DNA of 64,000 bases from Octopus bimaculoides. Taxonomy: Eukaryota. Location of the stretch: contig NC_068983.1 in the NCBI RefSeq assembly GCF_001194135.2, positions 152,548,422-152,612,421 on the forward strand, given 5' to 3'. The translations under genes were made by a program, and so were the position numbers. The notes under the pieces are model-generated. The model was not told the origin of the DNA. It ran no database searches and saw only the letters and a list, made by a program, of their open reading frames with translations. This document shows, piece by piece, positions 12,111 to 25,699 of the stretch (its first letter is position 1; every line of letters starts with the position of its first letter).

Positions 12111-13241
12111 GGCAATGGGTAGAGTTCAAAGAACACAAGGAGATCTAGAGAGAACGTATTTAAAAAAATAGGCTTTTCTCCAGAGAAAACGTATTCAAAA
12201 AGGTTTTCTCAAGAGAAAACGAATGTTAAATTATCAGGAAAACTTAGAGATAAATTTACAATACCAACAGAATTATTCTCTGTTATGTAGAGCTACCAGA
12301 TATGGTCAACAAATGAAACCCTTGGGCACAAGTGGAAACTCTCTTTCAACTGTCGGTTCTCAGCATTAACAGATAAAATAACTAAACTAAAAACAAACAA
12401 ACCCAAGACACAGAAATAAAATAAGCAAAAGGTTTCACGGCAATTACTCAGCATAACAGTTTTCTTTATTTTTTACTGACATCAAGTACAGTATTTTAAG
12501 AAATATTAAATGCATATTTGTAATATTTATGCCTTAAGCAAGTGAAATAGTAGCATAAAGTTACATGCCTATACGCCAAATGACACTCAGAATTGAGACG
12601 TAGTTACTTTATTCTTAAAACTATTTAGATTACTCATCACTACTGAGAACATAGATAATTTCATCTCTGTTCTTTCCTTCACCTCTTTTAGCAAGTTTTA
12701 TTTTTTACATTGTTATGTGTTTATTGCAAGAATGAATTTGTCATTTTTATAAATAGTCTATGTTCGGACGTTAATCAATGAGAAAAAAATAATTAGCTAA
12801 GAGAGAAGACTTCACAAAAAAAAAAAAACGTTAAACAATTAGAGCCTGAGAGATAATTACAGCTTGCTTATTTTTGTCTTAGTATTCTTTTAAAAATTTC
12901 TGTTGCTCATCTTCTGCAGATCTTATTTCTATTCTAACATAATGCCCTTTAAAGGTAAAAAACAAAAAAATAAATAAATAAAAATTGTAGGAGAAAATAA
13001 AAAAAGCACCATGTAGTACTGGAAATTTAAAAGACAAAATATGACTAATTATTTTCAATGTATATAATTTTCTTGACCTTCATACATTTTACTGAACCAG
13101 ATGAAAAATATATTTAGACATACGAGTAATTGAACAACAGCAGACACACACATACGCACACACTCACACGGGCACATGCACATGTATGTATATATGTGTG
13201 TGTGTGTGTGTGTGCATATATATATCTGCATGTATACATAA

Positions 13242-13290
<49 letters not shown>

Positions 13291-13708
13291 TATTTACATA
13301 CATATATATATATATACATAAATATATAGGTGTGTCTGTACATGTATGTATGTATATAGCTATTGCACTTATATGCATCATACACACGAGCAACGATACA
13401 GTCGCACTCACATAAGCAAAATTTCGTGCACACACACTCAAGAGAACACAGTAATGTATATATATATATCAACTCACTGATAATACTTCAGTAGCTATTG
13501 GCTATATGAGTGAATGAATGTGTGTGTGGGGGGGAGGTGTATGTGTGTGTGTATGTGTGTGTGTGTGTATGTGACTGTTAGTGCGTTTAGGTATGATTCT
13601 CATCACATGTGTGTAAATGTGCAGATGATACTTTTACAAAGAATCATAAATACAAACGTACTCACTCACATAAACAAATGCGTGATGTTACCTTATATAT
13701 GTATACGA

Positions 13709-13769
<61 letters not shown>

Positions 13770-14624
13770 NNNNNNNNNNNNNNNNNNNNNNNNNNNNNNN
13801 NNNNNNNNNNNNNNNNNNNNNNNNNNNNNNNNNNNNNNNNNNNNNNNNNNNNNNNNNNNNNNNNNNNNNNNNNNNNNNNNNNNNNNNNNNNNNNNNNNNN
13901 NNNNNNNNNNNNNNNNNNNNNNNNNNNNNNNNNNNNNNNNNNNNNNNNNNNNNNNNNNNNNNNNNNNNNNNNNNNNNNNNNNNNNNNNNNNNNNNNNNNN
14001 NNNNNNNNNNNNNNNNNNNNNNNNNNNNNNNNNNNNNNNNNNNNNNNNNNNNNNNNNNNNNNNNNNNNNNNNNNNNNNNNNNNNNNNNNNNNNNNNNNNN
14101 NNNNNNNNNNNNNNNNNNNNNNNNNNNNNNNNNNNNNNNNNNNNNNNNNNNNNNNNNNNNNNNNNNNNNNNNNNNNNNNNNNNNNNNNNNNNNNNNNNNN
14201 NNNNNNNNNNNNNNNNNNNNNNNNNNNNNNNNNNNNNNNNNNNNNNNNNNNNNNNNNNNNNNNNNNNNNNNNNNNNNNNNNNNNNNNNNNNNNNNNNNNN
14301 NNNNNNNNNNNNNNNNNNNNNNNNNNNNNNNNNNNNNNNNNNNNNNNNNNNNNNNNNNNNNNNNNNNNNNNNNNNNNNNNNNNNNNNNNNNNNNNNNNNN
14401 NNNNNNNNNNNNNNNNNNNNNNNNNNNNNNNNNNNNNNNNNNNNNNNNNNNNNNNNNNNNNNNNNNNNNNNNNNNNNNNNNNNNNNNNNNNNNNNNNNNN
14501 NNNNNNNNNNNNNNNNNNNNNNNNNNNNNNNNNNNNNNNNNNNNNNNNNNNNNNNNNNNNNNNNNNNNNNNNNNNNNNNNNNNNNNNNNNNNNNNNNNNN
14601 NNNNNNNNNNNNNNNNNNNNNNNN

Positions 14625-14687
<63 letters not shown>

Positions 14688-15301
14688 GCGCATAAATATA
14701 ACTATATATGTGTGTATGTTTATATGGGTGTTATATATATATATTTATATGTATGTATGTACGTATGTATGTATGTATGTATATATGTATGTGCCAACGC
14801 GTGTACATATGCGTGCTCATCTCTGTGCGCGTCTGTGTGCCTGTGAGTGTCTGTGTGTGTGTATGTGTGTGTGTGCATGTGTGTGAGCATGCGTGCGCGC
14901 GCGTAAGTGTACGTTTGAGAGAACCTCTCTACATACATATTAAATGAATCTTATTCTCTTGAAATGCTGAAGTGTTGTTTTCTTATCAACCTGACTATTT
15001 CTGTTGAATGACAAGTTACATATTTTAAAAGTTCTACAAGTCAGTGCAACGAATAATAAAATGACAAAAAAACTACAGAATGTAATATTGTTTGTTTTCT
15101 TTATTTTTCTTTATATAATAAATTTTCAACAAATTCTCATCAAAATCCAGCATTAACGTATTACGTCATACAATTTATTATTCTCCACAAAAATTGACAT
15201 AGACGGTTATCTTGCTTAATAGAATGTTATATTTGAACTAAATTTTGGTATTCTTTACTTTCTTATTACAGAAATATATGTTAAATTTTTTATTTACATT
15301 C

Positions 15302-17801
15302 TGGTGAGTTGAAGAATGCTGCTAACTGCATTGATGGAATACTGTACAAATAAGGTTGACAGTTCGTATTATTCTGTTCCATTGACGACTACACATGACA
15401 TGTAATAAAATAAAGGGGGCATTGTGATTACAGTGCAATGTGGTCGCAAATATGACCGGGTTTCTCTATATGGGTTTCTTTGGTTTCTTTATATTCAAGA
15501 GTCTTTAATAGTGCTTATGAAACAGACTGGCTTAGATATTACATAAGGAAAAGAATCGTCTTGGACATATATTATTCCAAATATGTTTTGGAGGATAATA
15601 TATCCCTATATTATAGGCTTGACACTAATGCTGACACTAACACCCTCTGCCAGCCATTCTCCTGTGTCTTGAAGGCAGACTTTTGGTCCTGACCCTTTTG
15701 TACGGAACAGAGGCTGTTATATTCGATTGCCATATATGGTTTGATAAACTCGTTGATGACACTGCTTCCCAAGTATTTAAAGTATTTTTTGTTCAGGCAA
15801 AATCTCATCGTAAAGTCGTTTACTATGGCTCCAGTGGAAGTTTGATATGTAGTAAAAGAAAAACAAAAAGAAAAATACTCCATCGATTAGGGACCTAAAA
15901 ACTCTTGAAAGACCGCTTTGGTTTGATATTGAAAATAAAATTTTGCAAATATTTCCTACTGATTATTTAACTTCACACGAAATTCCGATAAACATATTCC
16001 TGATAACTGTCCTTTTAATAGTATTTGTCTGATCAAAGGAGTTGTATATATAACTAAGTTTTTGTTGGATAACATCCATATATATATATAACTAATACCA
16101 TAACTCCCAAAACAGTTTATAGACCAGGTTTTATGTACGCAAAACTTCCTTTGAACACCTGGAAAAAAAAAGGTCATCAGCATGTTTAAAAAACATATGG
16201 CAACTGAAAGAAATTGGTTTGCTTCATTCAAACTTTAATGATCTATCTTAGAACTAGTAATCCGATAAAGGCATCGACCTTATTTGTCATTCTATGAAAT
16301 GTCTGTTATGGTTAAGAGATAAATACCCTGTTTCAAGGAAAAAGTAGCCTCGAACCAAATATCTGAACTACTTAACTGTTGTAAGCATTCTTCAATATTT
16401 CTGATTTCGAAGCCTTTGCTAGCGAACGATTAACACATTAAGATACTGGCAATTCTCACAATCACATATGTTTCAATGTTTCTATCATAACTTAAATATG
16501 TTGAGTGTACTTTTGTATTTTTGTAGTGCTGAACTTCAACATTTCCATTCCAGCCGCCTCATTTGCTCTTTATATGATTTTATAATTTTTTTTAATATTC
16601 AACCTTTTCATCTTTTAACATGACCACTTATCAACCTTGATATAGGTTATACATCAGTTTATTTTAACATTGCATTTAAAAAAAAGGATCCTCTTACCTT
16701 TGCCTGATTAGATTGATTTTTTTACTTGTCTTCTTGTATAGTTTTTCCATCTTACATATTTCGAAAGTGAATTTCATCAGTTATATTTTGATTGACCATT
16801 TTTTACGTGCCTAAGTCCGTCGTTTTTTGTTCTTGCATTCTGCGTACTCACCACTATTAATATCTTTAAGTCTAATCTGTCAAATGTATCTATCGTACGC
16901 TATCTAATTATTTCTACAACTCTTGGGAACTCTACTTGTCGTTCCATATTTGACTCAAGATGTTAACTGGAACTATAGAATCTTTTAGCTTTGATCTCAG
17001 CTTTTCTTGTTCTCTTTTGCTTTTTCTTCTCTCTGTCACTTTTTTCTCTATTCCTCTTTTTCTTCTCTTTCTTCCCCGCCTGCAACTCCCACTTCTTTAT
17101 AGTAAACTGATTTATATATTAATTTATTTTTCGAGAATGAAAAACAGAAAAGATAATATATGAAGAATCTCCCATACTTCATATCCGCAGAAAATTGGAG
17201 TAACATATCCCACTAATATATTGAAAGCCATGACTTATCACATCCTACACATACTTCGGAATTAGATAATCGTGTGCCGTTTATAATCTAATCCCAATCA
17301 CGTGGTTTCATCTTAGAAGGAAAACGCATGAGTCGTTTTGAAAAAATCGACTCTGGTATCAATTATAAAATATCTCTTGATTTATCGAAAATCTAAATGC
17401 CATTTTTAAGGTAATGTGACTTAGTAATGTGAATTGGTATGATTTATGCTCGCAGTGACAATGGTGAAACATTATTTGGGGAAGTAGTTCTTGTATAGCC
17501 GTAAAAGGATGTGGCTTATTTGTTGCCTTGTACGTTGATGCGCTGCAGTTTAGTTAGCATTTCTAACGTGGATAGCTTTAATGACTGGAAGAAAAAACAG
17601 ACAGAAATGAAACAGATGTGTGAGGTTAAGGTTATAGAAATTCTATACTCAAACTCAAACTTCTAGTACTTTTTATGGCAAAGGGTTAGAAAAAGAAGTG
17701 TTGGGAAATAAAGCTAAATCGAATCAGAGAATAATACGAACTGTCAACCTTATTTGTACAGTATTACATCAATGCAGTTAGCAGCATTCTTCAACTCACC
17801 A
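15302..17801. repeat. 74-bp inverted repeat pair (15302-15375 and 17728-17801) enclosing 2.35 kb
   Basis: 73/74 identity checked base by base; no TSD found. Confidence 0.9.
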
Positions 17802-20011
17802 AATCAGCACATTAAACAATTTTTGGTTATCTCGGATGTACTAAGCAATGTATTTATTCAACATCAAAACTGACTTATGCTGACCAGTAAACAGTTATTA
17901 TATAATATGTTGATTTTGGTTGGAAATTTTAACCTACCTTCAGATTAGCTGTTTCAAAGACGAAGAAATGGTCAATATATAGAAAAGAAGTTGAATTTTG
18001 AAAACTGTTGATGCGAGGAAACTGCAAATGTGAGGATATTACTGAAATCTTTTGCCCTGTGACTACTTCTACATTCATTATGAGCTTAGAAGTACTGAAA
18101 GGAACTTGATACAATCATCCGATATGTGTTATAAAGCGGACACATTGGCAAGTAAAGTGAACAGTCTTAAACAATTATGATATGGACAGAACTGGAACTT
18201 AACTTGTGTATGATTCAATAGTACAGAGAAAACCTTTGAAGGAGTTGAGCTTGACCTGAAGAAAATGATGGATCTAGTTCATTCTTAGGAAAAGTTTCAA
18301 AATCTCTCTGGTATAAGGGAGAAACGTTGAAACTGCATGTCAGACACTTTTACGGTACACATACTACAAAAAAATTACAGGCAAGCAAATAAACAATAAC
18401 ATTCATGAGGTGCATACGACACCACACTGAAAGGGAGCTTCTCGTACCTCAAAACAAAAATTCAGATATGGAGGGTTCATTAATAGTTTTCATTAGTTGT
18501 TTATTGCCTGTCAAGAACGGAGGGTGAGGATGCAAATCTGTCTAAAACTAGTTCAATGACGTAGTCAACCTACGCAATGTACTTGATGTAGAGATGAAAA
18601 AGAAACATAGCGAAGCTGTACCTTCTGATATCTGTAACGAGTTCATAGAAGAAATTATCCACGTTGCTGTCTTTTTCACATACTACTCACATCTCACTCC
18701 ATTTAAAAATATCTTTTACGTTTTAATGAAAATTTTCCGCGTTGAAGTCTTTCACTCCTTGGTCACATCTCATTCCATTAAAAAAAAAAAAATGTTTTAC
18801 ATTTTCTTGAATACCTTGTTGATACACTTGTGAAATTAGGAGCTCTTCCAATATATCTCTCCCTGATAGTTATTATTATTTATCAAAGATCATTCATCAT
18901 GTTGACACTAAAAACGCATTAACCGAGAACCACGATGTTTCGCAAAATACTTAGTACGCTATACCTGCCAGTTGTGGAAACCATTAGTAGTCTAAAGATG
19001 ATAAATTTGACCAATACATCAGTTTTTCAGTTGCCAAAATTAGGAAGGGTTTTGTAGATATTGTAATGTCAAACACGTAGATGTAAACCTTAATATAATT
19101 AGATAAGTTGTTTATAGGAGATATGAATTTAACCCATCTCTGACTGTGTAACTTTTCTCTTCCAGTTCCAGTGGATGAACAAAATTTTTATAAATTTGGT
19201 TTAACGTTTCAGTCTGTTATGATTTCACCAGACCTAAAAGACAAAGATTTCTTGAGGTCTTCATGCTGTACAACACATGCCCGACTCCTAGTAAGACTTC
19301 TGCTTCTACTCATATGACAATTATTTTTCTCGTTACATATCCATGTATTCCAGTCTTCATTTGTCACCACATTTCTTCTGTTTGTGATATTCAGACTTGT
19401 TTCAATATAATATAAATCTTTTATTAATACTTTTGTACAATTAGAAAATTATTTTTAATCACACTGTACCCAGCTTCTTTAACAATAAATTGAATTAACT
19501 GAATTAAATATTAACTCGTATAGACCGAAACATAGGAGCATCTGTAATAAACACTTTTTAAAATTTTAATACCTCATACGATTTCAATGTGGTAGATATG
19601 TATTAGCCATTCAAAATCAGATAAATATCGTTAAGTCACTTAAAAATCTATCAGTTTATGTGAAAACTTCCTCTCACCAAATGAGGGTTGATTCTACCGA
19701 TGGTCTTCATTGGTTATTTTGTGTCTTCCGTTTTGCAATAGATTTAGTCTCAACACACTCAGGTCAGATCAGTTCGTTGGCAAGTACACCTCCATAATAA
19801 TATATAATTATTCTCAATGTCTATTCTTATCTCAATTTTCTTAATTGACAATAGCTTTAAAATCCATTACTAGCGTCCCCATTACTCACATACACTAACA
19901 TATTAGTTGAAGTGTCAGGTTCAGCAGGGAACTGGGAGAATGCCTTGGGTTATACCACCGGGATGAACATTGTTTTATAATAAAATCTTAAGAAGCGGTA
20001 ATCAAGTCTTT

Positions 20012-20066
<55 letters not shown>

Positions 20067-20912
20067 GTTTGTATCTCACTCTTCCTCCCCTCCTACTCTC
20101 CCCCTCAAAGAAGCCGGCTGTTAGAAAAAGCTGTGAATGTTGAATGTGGCCTGCAGCACCAAGTTTGATGTCCCAAAAGATAGAATGTGCACAAGATCCC
20201 TCCCACAATCCCACGAATCCATTGGATTGGGATGTGACGGATTGAAAAAAGAAGAATGAATGTGTGTGCGTGTGTGTGTGTGTGNNNNNNNNNNNNNNNN
20301 NNNNNNNNNNNNNNNNNNNNNNNNNNNNNNNNNNNNNNNNNNNNNNNNNNNNNNNNNNNNNNNNNNNNNNNNNNNNNNNNNNNNNNNNNNNNNNNNNNNN
20401 NNNNNNNNNNNNNNNNNNNNNNNNNNNNNNNNNNNNNNNNNNNNNNNNNNNNNNNNNNNNNNNNNNNNNNNNNNNNNNNNNNNNNNNNNNNNNNNNNNNN
20501 NNNNNNNNNNNNNNNNNNNNNNNNNNNNNNNNNNNNNNNNNNNNNNNNNNNNNNNNNNNNNNNNNNNNNNNNNNNNNNNNNNNNNNNNNNNNNNNNNNNN
20601 NNNNNNNNNNNNNNNNNNNNNNNNNNNNNNNNNNNNNNNNNNNNNNNNNNNNNNNNNNNNNNNNNNNNNNNNNNNNNNNNNNNNNNNNNNNNNNNNNNNN
20701 NNNNNNNNNNNNNNNNNNNNNNNNNNNNNNNNNNNNNNNNNNNNNNNNNNNNNNNNNNNNNNNNNNNNNNNNNNNNNNNNNNNNNNNNNNNNNNNNNNNN
20801 NNNNNNNNNNNNNNNNNNNNNNNNNNNNNNNNNNNNNNNNNNNNNNNNNNNNNNNNNNNNNNNNNNNNNNNNNNNNNNNNNNNNNNNNNNNNNNNNNNNN
20901 NNNNNNNNNNNN

Positions 20913-20949
<37 letters not shown>

Positions 20950-21239
20950 GCTAAATGATAGGATTGCTTCAATACTTCAGGGGAAGTCTGAAGTATCTAA
21001 GCAACCAGGGGATAGTTAAATCCGAAGGCACTCCTGGAAATTACTTGTATGCGTACCGTCTTCGCTAGAAGGTATCCAGAGGCAGGTAATTTATTGTTTA
21101 AACCGCAGTTTATAATTATAACTATGTGGAGAATGGAGAAACAGACACTAGAAGAAGCAAGTCAATCGGGCTAGTTAGCCATTGATTTAATTATGTTGAG
21201 ATTATATAATGATATAATATAATATATATTTATATGTAT

Positions 21240-21965
21240 GCATATGCACATACATATATGTACATATTTACATCTATATGTATATACATATGCATATATG
21301 GGTACAGGAGGTTATAAAACGTAAATCACGTGAAATACGAAGTGCGAAAACATGGAATACGAATTTTGTTTGCGAACAACGAAAGAAAAAGAAGGAAAAC
21401 AAGACAAATAACATAAAGAACGACCCTTCATCAGTTTTCGGCTGTTTTATCTATTCCACATTTGGAGCAATTAGAACAAGTTGCGTCTTCGAGGAATAGT
21501 GCTTCTGCAATGCAAAATAAAATTTGGGATTTGCGTAGGGTCAAAGTTGGTAACAAAAAGAGGAAAGTGAAAACAAACAGTAAGGGCTGCTAAGCCATAA
21601 CGAGGTGAGGTGGCGTACGCTGGTGAAAGAAGCTTTGAAAGGAGAAAAGATAGGAGGGGCGAGACGGACAGAAATGCACGTAATCTGAGTGGCAGATCAA
21701 AAGGAAAGAAAGAAGCTCAAGTTAGGAAAAGAAAGATAGCCGATGGTGAAGTGTGAGCAACGAGATAGTAAATGAGGAAGAGTGGGAATGACAGAGGAAC
21801 AGAGAGAGAGAGAGAACGGTGAAGAGGAGAGGAAAAGAGTTAGAGAAAGGATGAGAGAGAACAATAAAAGGGGATGAAGGGGAGCTGAAGAGAATTTGAG
21901 AAAGGAAGAGAGAGAGGAAACGAAAGAGGGGAGAGAACAGTACAGAGAGTCACATCAAAATTATT
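21240..21965 (-). mobile_element. Penelope-like terminal-repeat relic, copy 1 of a tandem pair
   Basis: Direct repeat of 22411-23060 and homologous to 8040-8810. Confidence 0.55.
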
Positions 21966-22410
21966 ATGACAAACTTGTATGGTAATGGATGCGTGGCGTT
22001 CAATCATATATNNNNNNNNNNNNNNNNNNNNNNNNNNNNNNNNNNNNNNNNNNNNNNNNNNNNNNNNNNNNNNNNNNNNNNNNNNNNNNNNNNNNNNNNN
22101 NNNNNNNNNNNNNNNNNNNNNNNNNNNNNNNNNNNNNNNNNNNNNNNNNNNNNNNNNNNNNNNNNNNNNNNNNNNNNNNNNNNNNNNNNNNNNNNNNNNN
22201 NNNNNNNNNNNNNNNNNNNNNNNNNNNNNNNNNNNNNNNNNNNNNNNNNNNNNNNNNNNNNNNNNNNNNNNNNNNNNNNNNNNNNNNNNNNNNNNNNNNN
22301 NNNNNNNNNNNNNNNNNNNNNNNNNNNNNNNNNNNNNNNNNNNNNNNNNNNNNNNNNNNNNNNNNNNNNNNNNNNNNNNNNNNNNNNNNNNNNNNNNNNN
22401 NNNNNNNNNN

Positions 22411-23195
22411 NATATATATTCTTCTATACATACATATATGTACATACTTACATCAATATGTATATACATATGCATATATGGGTAGAGATCGTCGTAAAAC
22501 ATAAACGTCATGAAATATGAAATGCGAAGACATGGAATACGGACATTTTATCGAACAACGACAAAAAACAAAGAGAAAACAAGGCAAATAACATAAAGAA
22601 CGACCCTTCATCAGTTTTCGGCTGTTTTATCTACTCCACATTTCGAGCAATTTACGACAAGATGTATCTTCGAGAACCAGTTGCTCCTGCAATGAAAAAT
22701 GAAATTTGGGATTTGCGTAGGGTCAAAGTTGGTTTACAAAACAGGAAAGTGAAAACAAACAGTAAGGGCTACTAAGCCATAACGAGGTGAGGTGCTGAAA
22801 AGATAGGAGAAAAGATAGGAGAGGAGACAGACAGAAATGCGCGTAATCTGTGTGGCAGATCAAAAAGAAAGAAAGAAGCTCAAGTTAGGAAAAGAAAGAT
22901 GGCCGATGGTCAAGTGTGAACAACAAGAGAGTAACGGGGGAAGAGTGGGAATAAGGGAGACAGATACAGAATGGTGAACGGAAAAACAGAAGAATTAGAG
23001 AAAGGAAGAGAGAGGAAACGAAGGAGGAGAGAGAAAAGTGCAGAATTATCAAAATTATTAAGATAAACTTTGCAAAAAGTTCGTATTCCATGTTTTCGTA
23101 TTTCGTATTATATGTTGTTTACGTTTTATGACGTCCTGCACCCTTATATGCATCTGTATATACATACAAATGTAAGCATGTACATATATGTATGC

Positions 23196-23284
<89 letters not shown>

Positions 23285-23302
23285 GATTGAACGCCACACA
23301 TC
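22411..23302 (-). mobile_element. Penelope-like terminal-repeat relic, copy 2, followed by an inverted partial copy (about 23069-23190)
   Basis: 23069-23190 is the reverse complement of the TTCGTATTCCATG...ATATGCAT end of the unit. 23281-23302 is the reverse complement of 21988-22011. Confidence 0.55.
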
Positions 23303-23736
23303 NNNNNNNNNNNNNNNNNNNNNNNNNNNNNNNNNNNNNNNNNNNNNNNNNNNNNNNNNNNNNNNNNNNNNNNNNNNNNNNNNNNNNNNNNNNNNNNNNN
23401 NNNNNNNNNNNNNNNNNNNNNNNNNNNNNNNNNNNNNNNNNNNNNNNNNNNNNNNNNNNNNNNNNNNNNNNNNNNNNNNNNNNNNNNNNNNNNNNNNNNN
23501 NNNNNNNNNNNNNNNNNNNNNNNNNNNNNNNNNNNNNNNNNNNNNNNNNNNNNNNNNNNNNNNNNNNNNNNNNNNNNNNNNNNNNNNNNNNNNNNNNNNN
23601 NNNNNNNNNNNNNNNNNNNNNNNNNNNNNNNNNNNNNNNNNNNNNNNNNNNNNNNNNNNNNNNNNNNNNNNNNNNNNNNNNNNNNNNNNNNNNNNNNNNN
23701 NNNNNNNNNNNNNNNATATATATATATATATATATA

Positions 23737-24371
23737 AGCAATGTTAATTCTCTAAACGAGGTATTAACAGTAACTGCACAATAAAGTGAAGTATATTGCC
23801 ACTTAAATGTGGCTGACCCCTAGGGGTGGATGTTACCGTTGCTCTTAACCCCGGGAGGACATCTCCTCCAGCTGGCTTATCAACACACTTCTGTGTCCTG
23901 TCTGTTTTTGTTTTGCCAAAGGAAGTTATCCCTCTCATCGTGATCTGTAGCACGAACGGACTCGAGTTTCAGGGTTATTTCCCTTCGTCAGCGTCCGATA
24001 GCCAACGATCTACGATGAGAAAGCTAATTCCTGGCCAAATTTATATGTCTTTTTCCAGTGAAATTATTCACTGATATCGAAAAAGTGAAAACAAGCAATG
24101 TTAATTCTCTAAACGAGGTATTAACAGTAACTGCACGATAAAGTGAAGTATATTGCCACTTAAATGTGGCTGACCCCTAGGGGTGGATGTTACTGTTGCT
24201 TTTAGCCCCAGGAGGACATCTCCTCCAGCTGGCGGGGTCAGCCACATTTAAGTGGCAATATACTTCACTTTATCGTGCAGTTACTGTTAATACCTCGTTT
24301 AGAGAATTAACATTGCTTGTTTTCACTTTTTCGATATCAGTGAATAATTTCACTGGAAAAAGACATATAAA
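23737..24371. repeat. Diverged direct repeat (23737-23877 and 24095-24233) plus perfect 138-bp foldback (24040-24177 and 24234-24371)
   Basis: Arms compared base by base and identical; the right arm runs into an N gap. Confidence 0.9.
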
Positions 24372-25641
24372 NNNNNNNNNNNNNNNNNNNNNNNNNNNNN
24401 NNNNNNNNNNNNNNNNNNNNNNNNNNNNNNNNNNNNNNNNNNNNNNNNNNNNNNNNNNNNNNNNNNNNNNNNNNNNNNNNNNNNNNNNNNNNNNNNNNNN
24501 NNNNNNNNNNNNNNNNNNNNNNNNNNNNNNNNNNNNNNNNNNNNNNNNNNNNNNNNNNNNNNNNNNNNNNNNNNNNNNNNNNNNNNNNNNNNNNNNNNNN
24601 NNNNNNNNNNNNNNNNNNNNNNNNNNNNNNNNNNNNNNNNNNNNNNNNNNNNNNNNNNNNNNNNNNNNNNNNNNNNNNNNNNNNNNNNNNNNNNNNNNNN
24701 NNNNNNNNNNNNNNNNNNNNNNNNNNNNNNNNNNNNNNNNNNNNNNNNNNNNNNNNNNNNNNNNNNNNNNNNNNNNNNNNNNNNNNNNNNNNNNNNNNNN
24801 NNNNNNNNNNNNATATATATATCCATATATAAATATGCATGTGAGTAATTTGTACATTTCTATACCAAGAAGCAACCGACCAGAATACTTAAGTAAAGTT
24901 TGTATGCATGTTCACTTTTAGAATAACAGTATCATTTAAAAAAATACCACCCAAACTCATTACCCATATTTCTGATAAGTCGTCCAGCTATCAACTGATC
25001 ATTAAAACAATGAGCGTTCTCGAGTCAAAATTTCTTTGCATTCGTTAAATGATTATTTGTTGGTTTATTTTCATACACATGAATTCTATATTCACCTTTC
25101 TATATGAAGCACTATATATATATGCAATTACATTTGATACAATGTTCAGCCCATTAAGCTTGAGGTTTAATTAGATTTTCATATGTAAAAATAGAACAAT
25201 CCAAGAGCCAACAGAAACAATGATTTAAAGTGCACCATACATATATACATACATACACATGCATATAAAGAAGTATAGACTATTTATACATTGCACGGAA
25301 GCACACACACATGCACATACACCCACATGCAACTTCTGATTTACAAAAGAAAGTAAAGCATACTAATGTACGCCTGCACTATACTGTAAGCTGAGATTCG
25401 ATAATGAACAGAAATTCTCGCGTGCCTTTCCACCAATACATGTGTAGAATAAACATATGGGGATTCATTTCACATGTACATAGGCAAAGCATAAAGTCCT
25501 CCAATCAAACATATATAAATTAATATAAATGTAAATGTAAATTTATACTCATCACATCTCCCACATACTTTACCTATTTCCATGTGTATACAAACGCAAA
25601 TACATATATATATATATGTGTGTGTGTGCGCTATGTAGATA

Positions 25642-25699
<58 letters not shown>

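Noticed and set aside
12920-12954. Micro-exon candidate with good splice sites (similar cases at 43494-43522 and near 57880-57920)
   Set aside because: Isolated, no recognisable product, and such matches are expected by chance over 64 kb.
15611-15898. LINE-like words FKYLGS (minus) and TLLYGTEA (plus)
   Set aside because: They lie on opposite strands and lack flanking RT motifs, so they cannot support a LINE call.
16750-16790. Minus-strand CTGATGA...GAAA.ATGTA hammerhead-like spacing
   Set aside because: Neither stem I nor stem II can form.
17941-18097. Minus-strand open exon candidate ending AAG|GTAGGT
   Set aside because: No recognisable domain and no compatible neighbouring exon identified.
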